A DNA stretch of 64,000 nt from Selaginella moellendorffii (taxonomy: Eukaryota > Plantae > Lycopodiophyta), in contig NW_003314309.1 of the NCBI RefSeq assembly GCF_000143415.4, positions 1,400,572-1,464,571 on the forward strand. The letters run 5' to 3'. Below, piece after piece: positions 26,111 to 38,557 of the stretch. The notes below the pieces were generated by a model. That model was given only the letters and a program-made list of their open reading frames with translations, ran no database searches and was not told the DNA's origin. The stretch's first letter is position 1, and every line of letters starts with the position of its first letter. Both the position numbers and the translations under genes were made by a program.

Positions 26111-27907
26111 ATGTCTCCTCGTGTTTCATGCTCCTCCATCGCTATCTTGGCACTAGTTTTACAGATTTTGATCTTAGCCGACGCTCGGCCGCGAGCGTCC
26201 TTGGATCACGATCATCCATCCTGTTTATGCACCGCATTGCAATCCTGCTGGCCAGATCCCAGCGCCTGGGACACCTTCAACTCCTCCATCGATGGAAGGC
26301 TCATCGAAGTCTTGCCTCCAGCGGCGCCCTGTCACGAGAGCCACTTCGATGAGCAAGCTTGCCAAATCGTGCGAGAGAAATGGAGCTCACCATTCTGGAG
26401 GTCGGATCAGCCGGGAGCCATGCAAGCCAGCAACTGGGAAGCCAGCGGCGACCAGAGCTGCCTCATCTCCTCCCCTCGCAACTCGAGCTGCTCGCAGGGC
26501 TCCGTTCCAGTCTACGCCGTGAATGTCTCCACTCCATCTCACGTCCAATCTGCGGTAAAGTTTGCATCCGCCAAGAACATCCGGCTAGTGATCAAGAACA
26601 CCGGGCACGACTTCTTTGGCAAGAGCACTGCCGCTGGATCTCTCAGCATCTGGACGCACCACATGAAGAACATGAGCTTCCACCACGACTTTGTCGCCAA
26701 GAGATGCTCAGTGTCCCCGGTATCGGCAGTGACGGTCGGAGCTGGAGTCCAGTGGGAGGAGCTCTACCAGGCGGTGTTCAAGCAAGGTAAAGTGATCGTC
26801 GGGGCTGGGGGTGTTACTGTTGGAGCTGCCGGTGGATATCCACAGGCCGCTGGACACAGTCCAATCTCTCCGGCCTTCGGCCTCGCAGCGGACAATGTCT
26901 TGGAGTATGAAGTCGTGACTGCTGCTGGAGATCTCGTTGTTGCCAACGGCTGCCAAAACAAGGAGCTCTTCTGGGCTCTCCGAGGAGGCGGAGGAGGAAC
27001 TTTCGGAGTCGTGGTCTCCGCTACACACCGGACTCATCCACCGCTGACAAATCTCGCCTTCGCTGTCTACACCATCAATGCCACCGACAGATCCAGCTTC
27101 CTGGACTTGCTCACAAACTTTGCCGTGATCCATCCCAGTCTCTCGGAAGCTGGATGGTCGGGATACTTCCTACTGTCCAGCCAGAGCTTGCAACTCTCCA
27201 GGCAGACCTTGCTGGTCTTGTATATTCTTCCCAACAAGGACGTGTCCTTCGCAAAGTCGACGCTAGCACCGTTCCTGGACTACGTTGAGAAGCATCCAAA
27301 GCTCCAAGGAAATGGGAGCGTGGTCTCTCTTTCATCGTTCCAAGAGTATTACTCGCAATTCCTGTGTGGAGGTCAGAATTCCTGCGTCAACTCCAACGGC
27401 TCCGCTTCTCCGGGCGCTCTCTCCTCCAGGCTGATCCCAAAATCCCTCTTCGACAGCCGCAAATCCGTGGAGCAGCTGTCGGATGCCCTGATCTCGATCC
27501 TGGAGCGCTACCCGGCGTCGATCTTGGGCGCATTCGTGGCCGGCGGAGCAGTGGCAAGGCCGCGAGATGAGAATGCCGTGAATCCGGCATGGCGCCGAGC
27601 CCTTTTGTTGGCGATTATCAGCAGCGGCTGGAGCGATGGGGCGAGCCTGGAGGAGCAGCGCGAGGTTGCAAGGAATGTGAGCGCCGCGAACAAGCTGCTC
27701 ATCGATCTGACGCCTGGATCGGGAACTTACATCAACGAGGCGGATTTCAACGAGCCGGACTGGCAGCAATCCTTCTTCGGCGAGCACTACCCTCGCCTCC
27801 AGGCCATCAAGAGCAAGGTGGATCCATCCGGCCTCTTTCGCTGCCATCACTGCGTCGGGAGCGAGAAGTGGAGCGACGACCTCAATTGTCCACGGTCCAG
27901 TGAATGA
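26111..27907 (+). CDS. Secreted FAD-linked oxidoreductase, BBE-like (tandem paralog), intronless
   Basis: Same motifs as 23788-25542; FAD-binding half almost identical. Confidence 0.93.
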   Translation: MSPRVSCSSIAILALVLQILILADARPRASLDHDHPSCLCTALQSCWPDPSAWDTFNSSIDGRLIEVLPPAAPCHESHFDEQACQIVREKWSSPFWRSDQPGAMQASNWEASGDQSCLISSPRNSSCSQGSVPVYAVNVSTPSHVQSAVKFASAKNIRLVIKNTGHDFFGKSTAAGSLSIWTHHMKNMSFHHDFVAKRCSVSPVSAVTVGAGVQWEELYQAVFKQGKVIVGAGGVTVGAAGGYPQAAGHSPISPAFGLAADNVLEYEVVTAAGDLVVANGCQNKELFWALRGGGGGTFGVVVSATHRTHPPLTNLAFAVYTINATDRSSFLDLLTNFAVIHPSLSEAGWSGYFLLSSQSLQLSRQTLLVLYILPNKDVSFAKSTLAPFLDYVEKHPKLQGNGSVVSLSSFQEYYSQFLCGGQNSCVNSNGSASPGALSSRLIPKSLFDSRKSVEQLSDALISILERYPASILGAFVAGGAVARPRDENAVNPAWRRALLLAIISSGWSDGASLEEQREVARNVSAANKLLIDLTPGSGTYINEADFNEPDWQQSFFGEHYPRLQAIKSKVDPSGLFRCHHCVGSEKWSDDLNCPRSSE

Positions 27908-28113
27908 TTAGGGTTCTTGTCGATAATATAGATTATTATGCTGTAATGCTTTAAAACCTTTTATATATTGTTTTTTATTTGAATATTAACCGTTGGAGAG
28001 CATATGCTAGAATATCACAATAAAATAAAAAAACGTTTTACTTTTGAATTTTAAGAATAATTTTTTCTAAAGTTAAGTAGCCATAATATAAGTTACATCA
28101 TTTACAAATTACG

Positions 28114-29805
28114 CTAGCATTGGACCAAAAGCTTGTAAGCTCCAGAGTTTCGCGGCTCGAGCTTCATGGCATTGTCCGCTGCTCGTCGCGCAAAATCGCT
28201 ACCCTGCGTAGCACACCCGCTGAGCAAGCTCGTCCACGACACGGAGTTGGGCTCATACGGCATGTTGCTGATCACTTCCACGGCCTCGTCGATCTTCCCA
28301 GCTCGCCCCAGCAGATCGATCAAGCACATATAGTGATCCTCCCTGAGGATCATCTCGTAGTCAGCTCCTATAGACACGAAGATCTGGCAGCCCTCGGCGA
28401 GCAATCCTCCGTGGCTGCAAGCCGAGAGGACGCTGACGAACAAAACCGCGTCGGGCTCCAGTCCTTCCACTCCCGTGCTCTCCCGGAAAACCTCGAGACT
28501 CTTCCGAGAGAGACCCGCCTGGGAGTACGCCTCGATCATCGCAGTGACGGACAACACATTCCTGCTCGTCATCGCGTCGAAAACCCGCTTTGAATCTTCC
28601 AGGCACCCGAACTTTCCATACATGTTGACGAGCGCAGTCCCCACCACCACGTCGTCCATCGAAGAACTCGGCAGCGATTCTGATTCTTCCACCAGAGTCG
28701 AGTGGATGATCCTCGCGTGAGCCAGTGACGCAGCGCCGCAGCTCGAGCACGCATCGAAGACGCTGGCAAATGTGAACTCGTTGGCACGAACGCCGTCGAG
28801 ATCCATGGCGAGAAAGAGCCGGATAGCGTCTTGGCCGCGACCACTCTGAGCGTACGCCACTACCATCGCATTCCACGGAAGAACACTGTTCTGGATCAAG
28901 CCCGTGTTCTTCATCATCTCAAATGTCGTACGAGCATCCTCCACGCTGAAACATCGGCCGTACATGGCAACGAGCGAAGTGAGCACAATCACGTCACTTC
29001 CAGCGCTGGAACTCGCAAGAACATCGGCGTGTAGGAGTCGCCCATCTCTCAGATCACCACAGGAGTCGATCGTAGCGGCGAAGCTCACGCTGTCGGCTTG
29101 AAAACCCTCGAGATCCATGAGCCCAAATGCCTTGATCGCGTTCTTACCTTGCCCACCCTTGGCAAATGCTGTGATCATCGCGGTCCATGACACTAAATCC
29201 CTTCTAGGCATTTGATCAAAAAGCTTCTTCGCCTCGGCGACCATGCCGGCTTGAGCGTACCCGGACACCATCGAATTCCACGACACGAGATTCCTCTCGG
29301 GCATTTGCTCGAAGATCTTCCTCGCTTCTCTGATATGCCCGTTTTGGGCGTACGCTGCCACCATCGCCGTCCAGGAGATCACATCCCTGTCGTTGTCCTG
29401 GATCGAGTCGAAGAGATCGCGCGCCTCTCGGATCAATCCAACCCGAGAGTACGCCGTGAGCATCGAATTCATGGCGACGATGCTGCGCTGGGGCATTTTG
29501 TCGAGGAGGCTTCTGGCGTGGCAGAGATGCCCGTTGCGTGCGTAGGCCGAGATCATGAGGTTCCACGAGTAGACATTGGGATCCCGGATGGATTGGAAGA
29601 CGGCCAGAGCCTCCTCCACGCTGCCACAGCGGCCATACATCTTGACGAGCTGGTTGCCGAGAAATCTGCTGGCGCCGTGGCCTCCCTCGCGGATTTGGGA
29701 ATGTATCGCCCTAACCTGTGACAGATCCCGGCACGCATTGAGCTGCTCGCCGAAGATCGTCGATTGATCCGGTGGAGGACGCCGGTCGCTTCCCCGGATC
29801 ATCAT
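28114..29805 (-). CDS. PLS-class PPR protein with E domain, no DYW
   Basis: Repeated xxVSWTAMxxAYAQxG motifs; HYMCLIDLLGRAG; MPYEPNSVSWTSLLSGC. Confidence 0.95.
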   Translation of the reverse strand: MMIRGSDRRPPPDQSTIFGEQLNACRDLSQVRAIHSQIREGGHGASRFLGNQLVKMYGRCGSVEEALAVFQSIRDPNVYSWNLMISAYARNGHLCHARSLLDKMPQRSIVAMNSMLTAYSRVGLIREARDLFDSIQDNDRDVISWTAMVAAYAQNGHIREARKIFEQMPERNLVSWNSMVSGYAQAGMVAEAKKLFDQMPRRDLVSWTAMITAFAKGGQGKNAIKAFGLMDLEGFQADSVSFAATIDSCGDLRDGRLLHADVLASSSAGSDVIVLTSLVAMYGRCFSVEDARTTFEMMKNTGLIQNSVLPWNAMVVAYAQSGRGQDAIRLFLAMDLDGVRANEFTFASVFDACSSCGAASLAHARIIHSTLVEESESLPSSSMDDVVVGTALVNMYGKFGCLEDSKRVFDAMTSRNVLSVTAMIEAYSQAGLSRKSLEVFRESTGVEGLEPDAVLFVSVLSACSHGGLLAEGCQIFVSIGADYEMILREDHYMCLIDLLGRAGKIDEAVEVISNMPYEPNSVSWTSLLSGCATQGSDFARRAADNAMKLEPRNSGAYKLLVQC

Positions 29806-30020
29806 ACCTCCTGCTCACAAAACCGCCGAGAGATTGATCGCTCCCGGCAGTGACCTGCGGCCCCTGGAGCATAGATCGCCATTGGCGCCAAAAAAAAAAC
29901 CCTAATCTTCCACAAGAGAGAGAGTAAGAACCCTAAACTTTATCATTGTAACAGAGTACTTTGGAGATGATCGACCAAAGCACGATCAAATGATCTGGCG
30001 GAGGATCAAGCGATAGTCGA

Positions 30021-30629
30021 TCAAGCTTTGGGAAAGCTCGTAAACATATCACGCAGCTTATCCATGGGAGTTGCGAGCAAACCCAGCGCAGCCTCCACTA
30101 CCACCGGCTTCTCCGGGACCATGGTATGCGGCCTCGTCGGCGCGATGCTCTTGCCCAGCGCAAATGTAGCTCCCGCGGTCTCTCGCGCACCAAGCCCTAC
30201 CTCTTTCTCCACCAGCGCCAGATCCTCGCTCTCCTCCAGCTTGATGTGCTCGCGGAGCTCCTCCATGAGCTTATCCATCTTGGGCTCCATCTCCTTGGCG
30301 TCACTCATCGACTCCATCTCCGCGAGCATCTCCTTCACTTTGTGGTGATCCTCGCGGGATTTGTCGGCCAGCTTCTTGCCTCGATCGCCCATGGTTTCCA
30401 TCATCGGGTAGAGGACGAGCTCCTCGGACACCGAGTGGCGGCAAATCTCCCACACGAACTGGTTGAACCATTTGAGCGCCGCCTCGCCATCGCCGTCCTT
30501 GAGCGATTTCTTGTAGTGCTTGTAGTAGTCGTCCAGCTCCTCGTGATCCTTCTTGACGCGCTCGATGATGTCGCTGCTACTCCCGCCCTTGGCCGACGCT
30601 TCCTCGTGGTGCTGCTGCTGCTGCGTCAT
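30021..30629 (-). CDS. Hemerythrin-like (HHE cation-binding) protein, fungal/actinobacterial type, intronless
   Basis: DH..L, RHSVSEELVLYP, EDHHKVK, EHIKLEE, C-terminal APTRPH. Confidence 0.88.
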   Translation of the reverse strand: MTQQQQHHEEASAKGGSSSDIIERVKKDHEELDDYYKHYKKSLKDGDGEAALKWFNQFVWEICRHSVSEELVLYPMMETMGDRGKKLADKSREDHHKVKEMLAEMESMSDAKEMEPKMDKLMEELREHIKLEESEDLALVEKEVGLGARETAGATFALGKSIAPTRPHTMVPEKPVVVEAALGLLATPMDKLRDMFTSFPKA

Positions 30630-31089
30630 GAATCCTCCCTGCGACGAAATAAAGGACCAAAGATTTTATGAAGATATCACATTGTAATTGATCCAAGTTG
30701 ATCGATCACGCAACTCTGCAAAAGGGAAGAACTATACCTTGGATTGCAGGAGACGAATCGAAGAATAGCGAGGAGGGATGGTCCTTCGCGAGTAAGCTGG
30801 AAGAGGAGGGCGATTGAGCACCAATTTCCTTGCAACAGTCGCTAGAGCCATGGGAAGAACAAAACCTTCGTGAGCATCTAAAAAGAGGCTACATTCGGCA
30901 CCCATGGAAATCGCCAGGTGTTGGTCTCCATGCATGCAGCTCCTCGAATATTCGCGGGAAAATGAGATCTTATGGGCGGAGCGAAGCTTTATAACAGCAC
31001 TTAGAAAGTAGTTCCTGAGGATGTTGTTCCCGACTGGATCGCTAGATGATCGAGCAAGTTTTGGAATGGACCGACGCCTGTGAAAGGTA

Positions 31090-31345
31090 CCTGGATGAAA
31101 ACTTCACCTCCTTGATCTTGAGCGTCCTCATCGACTTCGAATCCAAGATCCCTCCCGGGTACGCTGGATCCTTCGAGCCTCCCTCCAGCATCGCGTAGGA
31201 TAACCAGCTGGGAGTGATGAGGTTTCCAGGAGATAAATCGAAAAAAAGCTCTCTATCTTCACGAAAAGAACGAGCTTACGTTCCATCTAGGAACGACAAG
31301 CTTTGCGGCGACGCGAACCACAGCTGCCTATCGGATTTCTGCCAC
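31090..31345 (-). pseudogene. Lhca3-like light-harvesting protein pseudogene remnants
   Basis: RQLWFASPQSLSFLDGT (N-terminal Lhca3 motif), ITPSWLSYA and GGSKDPAYPGG...SMRTLKIKEVK with large internal deletions. Confidence 0.75.
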
Positions 31346-32253
31346 ACATGAACGAGCAATCCATCATCAGTCTCTCGAAATTTCCACAATGTATAACATA
31401 GCATCGATGAAGCAAAGGAGAACATTAGCTTGTCCGATGTGGTTCTCACCACGATGGCAGATCGGCGGATCTGGAAACCCTGTGCCATTCCCAAACACCA
31501 GCTGCTAGTGGCGCTGCCACGCTCGATCGCGATCGATCATTGGCAAGCTCGTCTTTGCGCGCCAAATTCACTTCTGTGGCATGGATTGCCGACGTGGCAG
31601 GGAAGAGCTATCGCCCTACATTCTCGTAAGTGAGCATTCTAGCGAATGGATTCGTCATACGGCACGATCGCCACGATTCCATCGTCTCTATCGCTCGGTA
31701 TGGTGTAAAAATTTGTCAGCCATGGATTTTCTTTCTTCGCAGCTACTCAAGTAGGATTTCGATGAAGAAGAGGAAGTGGACGAAAGAAGGACGATGACTT
31801 CGACGTTGACTAAGATCTCGACTTTGTGAGAGATCGTCCCAAGGGCGAACGAATCCCAATCCAACGAGAGAGAGCCTGCACGAAGAACGCTAACAGCGAG
31901 GAGGACGAGGTACTTTCGCGGAGAGCTAGACAAGTACTTGAGGGTCACAAACAAGTACGACTACACGCCTCGCTTCTTCTCCTGCGAGTGAAAGCGAAGC
32001 CGTCGACGACATATGGGATTTACAAGATCGAGTATATCTCAGACAGTTCTGCTCTACGCATACAGGGTGGTGAAGGCCAGAAAGATGGGACCGGGTACTG
32101 ATTGCACAACAATACCCATCGACAACATCTGGTTCTACAAGACGCAGAAGGAACTGAGATATGGAACTTACGAGTTTCCATGTAGCTTTACAGTTTACGT
32201 GACGAAGAAGAGCTTCAAGAAGTAGCGGTCCTCTACAACGAAAGCTGGTCTGG

Positions 32254-33792
<1,539 letters not shown>

Positions 33793-34666
33793 CTTGCGGA
33801 AGCGCTGCTGGAATGCTGGGAGTTGCGATGACTCTCAGCAGACACTCGAGCTCCTCAGCTTTGCGTGACCAGCTTTTATACGTCGGTGAGTAACTGTAAT
33901 TCATGTGAAGTGTTATAGTGGCCATGCCAGCCGAACGATGGCAGTTAGTTACGGGAATCATCACCATCCACAATATATTGCCCAACTTTGTGCCAATCGC
34001 GGGTGTAAGTGGGTAAACATCACTTTTTACCGTGCCTTTCGCCTCCAAACGCTTTGTCACAAGCAGCCGCTGACCACCTGGGTTAAGAAGAGATTTGTGA
34101 CAAGAAACAAGCTGCTACTTACACTGGAGCCGTCACTCCACATTCTCGTCGAGTCCACCATTCCTAGTTCTTCGTCTAGCAATTCTGGATTCTTCAATGT
34201 TGATTTGTCTATCAGAAGCAACGGGCATCCACCAGATATGCGATAGATCTTTTTCCAATCCTGCTCACTAACATCAGACCCATCCTCCGTCTGTCAAATA
34301 CTTGAAGAATATTGCCTTGGCCACATAAACAACTTCTCAATCCAGTCCTCGCGAAAGGGATCGTTGCCATGATCACAGTTGCCTCTCTCTGGCGTGTCAT
34401 GGTCGGGGCCATGGTCTTGAGACACTCGAGCACGGCTTTGGGCGTGAGAATCTGCGAGGGTGGAACATCATCATCCACATCGCTGAGAGTATTGCCAAGA
34501 ATCCTAGAGAACATCTCAAACAAGTGAAGTGGCGCCTTGACGTTCTTGTCCACCTCCCAAATGCTCTGGAACCGCTCCCTCGCCTGACCGCCACCTTCAA
34601 GCTGCGATCCCTAAAATGCCCATGCATGAGCTTGGCGGGAGAATGAGATTTTGATGGCTTTGTGGC

Positions 34667-36787
34667 ATGCTGCTGGACGATCCCAGACGTGTAGATAGCT
34701 TTGCCAGAGCGCTGAGGTCGTGCAATGCGCCAGGGGATCTTCGCAAAGGCAGGCAAATTCACGCAGAGATTGTGCGCAGCCACTTCTCCCAGAACAGATT
34801 TCTCCAGAATCTTGTTGTGGAGATGTATGGGAAGTGTCGGAGCGTGGAGGAGGCCTGGCGGGCGTTTGAGACGATCGAGCACCGCAACATGTTTTCGTGG
34901 AGCATGATAATCACGTCATATGCCCACAATGGGCATCTGCTCCAGGCACAAGAAGTGTTTGATTCCTTGGTCGAGAAAGATACCGTGGTTTACAATACCA
35001 TGCTAAAGGCATATGCTGAAAACGGTGATTTTTCAGAAGCCAGAGTTTTGTTCGATGAGATTCCAGATAAAGATGCGGTATCATGGAATACTATGCTTTC
35101 AGCATATGCCAAAATCGGGCATCTTGATCTTGTGGAAAACATTTTCAAAGACATGCCAGTTAGAACTGTGGTCTCGTGGAACACCTTGATCGTTGCGTAC
35201 AAAGGTGCTTGTCTTGAGAGAAGCTCTCTTGGAGCTTTTGTTTCCATGGATCATGAAGGCTTTCAGCCCAACAAGATCACTTTCGTTGGAGTGATCGACG
35301 CTTGTGCCCAGGGAAAGATCCTCGACTTTGGAAGGTTGGCACACGAAGAGGTATGTTTTGCTGGACTGGAGTTTGATGTTCCCATCGGCACTGCTCTGGT
35401 AAAAATGTATGGAAAGTGTGGGAACATAAACCAAGCCATGGCTTTGTTCCGCAAAATGCCGCTCAAGAACACGATCACTTGGAACACAGCGATAACAATC
35501 CATGCGGAGGACGGGAACCTCGACGAAGCGTACAAGATCCTGCGAGAGATGCCACGGCCAAGTGTGGTCTCCTGGAACGCACTGCTCGCGGGGTATGCCT
35601 CTCAGATCGATCAAAGCGGCGACCCCCTCTCCCGAGCTCGAGAGATTCTGGAAAAGATGGCGGAGCGAGACGTGGTTTCCTGGACGACGATGATCTCCTT
35701 GTATTCTCGGAATGGCCTGAGCAAGGAAGCGATGAGTTGCTTCAAGAGAATGGATCTAGAAGGCATCAAACCCGATAGAATCGCGCTGGTGGCCATCGCC
35801 GAGGCATGCACGACCCTCGCAGACGCTGAACACGTCCACGAGATCGCCAGCCATGAAGCCACTGTGGAATCCGACGTAGAACTCGCCGCAGCATTCGTCA
35901 ACCTGTATGGAAAGCTCGAGAGCCTCCACGGAGCGAGCAGAGTCTTCGATCGAGCTCGGGGCTTCTGCAAGCCGTGGAGCAGCATCGAGACACACCTGTG
36001 GAACTCTATGCTCGCGGCACTCGTCCACAGCAAGGCCGCCAGAGATGCCATCGTGTTCTTCCGCAGGATGCTCCTGGAAGGGGTTCGATCCAACGAGACC
36101 ACTCTCGTCACCGTCTTCGAAGCCTGCAAGGCCTCCTCCTCCGCCTCCTCGGCGCTGCCACTGCTCCGGTGCTTGCAGGAGAGCGTCGTGAGACGAGCTT
36201 CTTTCGCAGCGAGCACCGTGGTCGAGACTGCTCTCCTCGGTTGCTATGGAAAGCTGGGAGCTCTAGCGGACGCCATCGCCACCTTCGATGATCTTCTCTC
36301 CAGCTCGCAAAACGTCGTCTCTTGGACGGTGATGATCTCGGTGTGTGGCGAGCTCGGGCATCCCAGGCAAGCGCTCGTGCTCTCGCGGAGGATGCTCCTC
36401 CACGGCATTCTCCCCGACGACACGGCCGTGACGACGCTCCTCTCGGCGTGTAGCCACTCGGGCCTCCTGGACGAGAGCTTCCGGCTGTTTGGATCGATGA
36501 GGCCCGACTTTGGCGTTGAGCCGCGGATCGAGCACTACGTCTGCGTGATCGATCTGCTGGGACGAACTGGACAGCTGCTCGAGGCTGAGGTCCTGATGAG
36601 CAGCGGTCACTTTGCTCGGCTCGGCCTGGAGGCGAACGAGTGTGCGTGGACGGCCTTCCTTGGAGCTTGCCGAGATTTTGGAGACGTTTCTCGAGGTGCC
36701 ACTGCTGCCAAGGAAGCATTTGTCTCGGATCCGGAGAACTCTGGCCCCTACATGCTACTCTCGGACGTGTGCGTAAACTCTGGGTGA
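34667..36787 (+). CDS. PLS-class PPR protein with E domain
   Basis: Tandem PPR motifs; HYVCVIDLLGRTG; AWTAFLGACR; PENSGPYMLLS. Confidence 0.95.
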   Translation: MLLDDPRRVDSFARALRSCNAPGDLRKGRQIHAEIVRSHFSQNRFLQNLVVEMYGKCRSVEEAWRAFETIEHRNMFSWSMIITSYAHNGHLLQAQEVFDSLVEKDTVVYNTMLKAYAENGDFSEARVLFDEIPDKDAVSWNTMLSAYAKIGHLDLVENIFKDMPVRTVVSWNTLIVAYKGACLERSSLGAFVSMDHEGFQPNKITFVGVIDACAQGKILDFGRLAHEEVCFAGLEFDVPIGTALVKMYGKCGNINQAMALFRKMPLKNTITWNTAITIHAEDGNLDEAYKILREMPRPSVVSWNALLAGYASQIDQSGDPLSRAREILEKMAERDVVSWTTMISLYSRNGLSKEAMSCFKRMDLEGIKPDRIALVAIAEACTTLADAEHVHEIASHEATVESDVELAAAFVNLYGKLESLHGASRVFDRARGFCKPWSSIETHLWNSMLAALVHSKAARDAIVFFRRMLLEGVRSNETTLVTVFEACKASSSASSALPLLRCLQESVVRRASFAASTVVETALLGCYGKLGALADAIATFDDLLSSSQNVVSWTVMISVCGELGHPRQALVLSRRMLLHGILPDDTAVTTLLSACSHSGLLDESFRLFGSMRPDFGVEPRIEHYVCVIDLLGRTGQLLEAEVLMSSGHFARLGLEANECAWTAFLGACRDFGDVSRGATAAKEAFVSDPENSGPYMLLSDVCVNSG

Positions 36788-36876
36788 TCTTCTTACGTAG
36801 AACAAAGCTTTTCTTCGAGCTCTTGGGCGATCTTCTGCCATTATTCCAGTGCTCGGAAAACGATCTTCTGTTGTAC

Positions 36877-37680
36877 CTATTCCTGCGAGACGTCGGTGCT
36901 CATGTTCCAGAACTCGTTCTCTAGCTGCAGTACTCGAACGAATGCGTCTTCGCCGCGCTGCTTCACCTCGTTTGATCCTGTGCTCTCCACTGCTGCCTCT
37001 GCAATCGATCTCAGCAAATCGCAGTAGCTGCCGAAGCTCGGACTGCCCCAGCGCCCGCAAGCTTCCACGAGTTGATGTGGTGTCTTAGAGCCTGGTTCGA
37101 GGCAAAACGCGAAGCTCTCGAAGTAGACATGCTCAATGGCCCAAAAGGTGGACAAGACGACGGCATAGTCGACGCTTGGTTGGCTCATATCCTCCAGAAA
37201 TCTTTTATGGATGTCCATGCAAGAAGAACAAGAAGAAAATTAAAAACATGTAAGCTCCGGGATGTATGATCCTACCTGCAGTAGTCCTGTGTAGTTTTCT
37301 TGGGTGGCAGATCTTCTAATCCAATTTTCCAGACCACGGCCTCCTTCTGAAACCACTGGAGCTCGTCATGAAGCGCGGAAGCTCCGGACAACAAGGTCAT
37401 GAGCGTCTCGTCACTGGCATTGGACGGGATTTTGGCCAAGATGCTTCCAATGAAACGCACGAACGCCTTGACAAAGATGTAGTCTTGCCCCTGCAAAGAA
37501 AACATAAAAATGACTCCAGATCTATCACAAAGAGAAGCAAACCATCTGGAAACTTACCAGCCATCGTTTGTAGCAGCTGAGATCCACAGAGCCATTCCGG
37601 ATGCTTACAATATAAGGATGATGAGTTGTGGCTTTGTTGTAGAGCTCAGCGTGGCGAGACTTCCACTGCGAGAGCGCCAT
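36877..37680 (-). CDS. TENA_E: TenA/THI-4 family thiamine-salvage aminopyrimidine aminohydrolase, TENA_E type (3 exons)
   Basis: YKRWLGQDYIFVKAFVRF, LHDELQWF, FWAIEHVYFESF, RWGSPSF, LENEFWNMS. Confidence 0.9.
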
Positions 37681-37962
37681 AGCCAAGAGCCTCTTCTCCA
37701 AATGGTGCCCTACTAAAGTCAACCAGGGTGATGTTTATAAACTTTTCCCAGTGTCAATCGTCCCTTCTCCAAAGCTTCCGAAAGATTTCATCTTTCCTAG
37801 CAAAGAGGCCCTCTCGATTCCCATAAAAGTTGTTGGATTCCCTGTTTCGATCTGTTGCTACCGTAAAAAAAACAAAGAAACTCTCCTGCAAAAAAAAGAA
37901 AAGAAAAGTTTTGGTTCTTCTCTTCCTCCTCGAAGAAAAACTTACGTGTGGTGTGCTGGTAT

Positions 37963-38503
37963 TTAGTACTTCCGGCTTGCGCTCGAGAGCTTGGCCAGCA
38001 ATGCCTCTTGTTCTTGCTTGACAGCCATGAGAGACAGATGTTCCACTCGCAATCTCTATGAAAGAAAAATGTAGTAGGAAAGAGAGAATTCATATAAAGA
38101 AAGAAAATTGCTACCTCGAGTTCTTCTTTCCTTCGATCGATCCCTTCTTTCACGACCTGCAATTCCTGCGGCCGCTTTTCCATCTCGTCTCGCACCAAAT
38201 TCCTTGTCCCAATCGCGCACAGCTTCGCATTCTCGATCTTGGACGCGCGCTCGCCCACTTGGCCCAGAAGCTCTTTCACTAACTGCACAAAAGCACCGAT
38301 TCCATCGACTAGAATGCCAGGAAGAAAGACACACGCGATCCATCAAGAATGCGAGTGATCTTCTTGCATGATCACACCTTGTTGAAGCTGGAGACCTTGG
38401 ATCGGAATGCCGCGCAGGAATTCTCGACGGAGTGGCAGCGCGCGTACGTGTCGGTGGGCAACAGGCGCACGCACGACTCCTCATCGATGCTCACAAGCGC
38501 CAT
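37963..38503 (-). CDS. IFT20: Intraflagellar transport protein 20 (3 exons)
   Basis: IDEESCVRLL, IENAKLCAIGTRNLV, ELERLRVEHLSLMAVKQEQ match the IFT20 pattern (EKMKAIGARN, LERYRVEY). Confidence 0.85.
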
Positions 38504-38557
38504 AGCCACAAACCAAAACCAAAATATTTGTGCCTGGAACCCTAACGAATGTTCCTC

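Noticed and set aside
23788-30629. Fungal contamination as the source of the fungal-type genes
   Set aside because: They are contiguous with plant genes, and the duplication units include pieces of the adjacent plant PPR gene.
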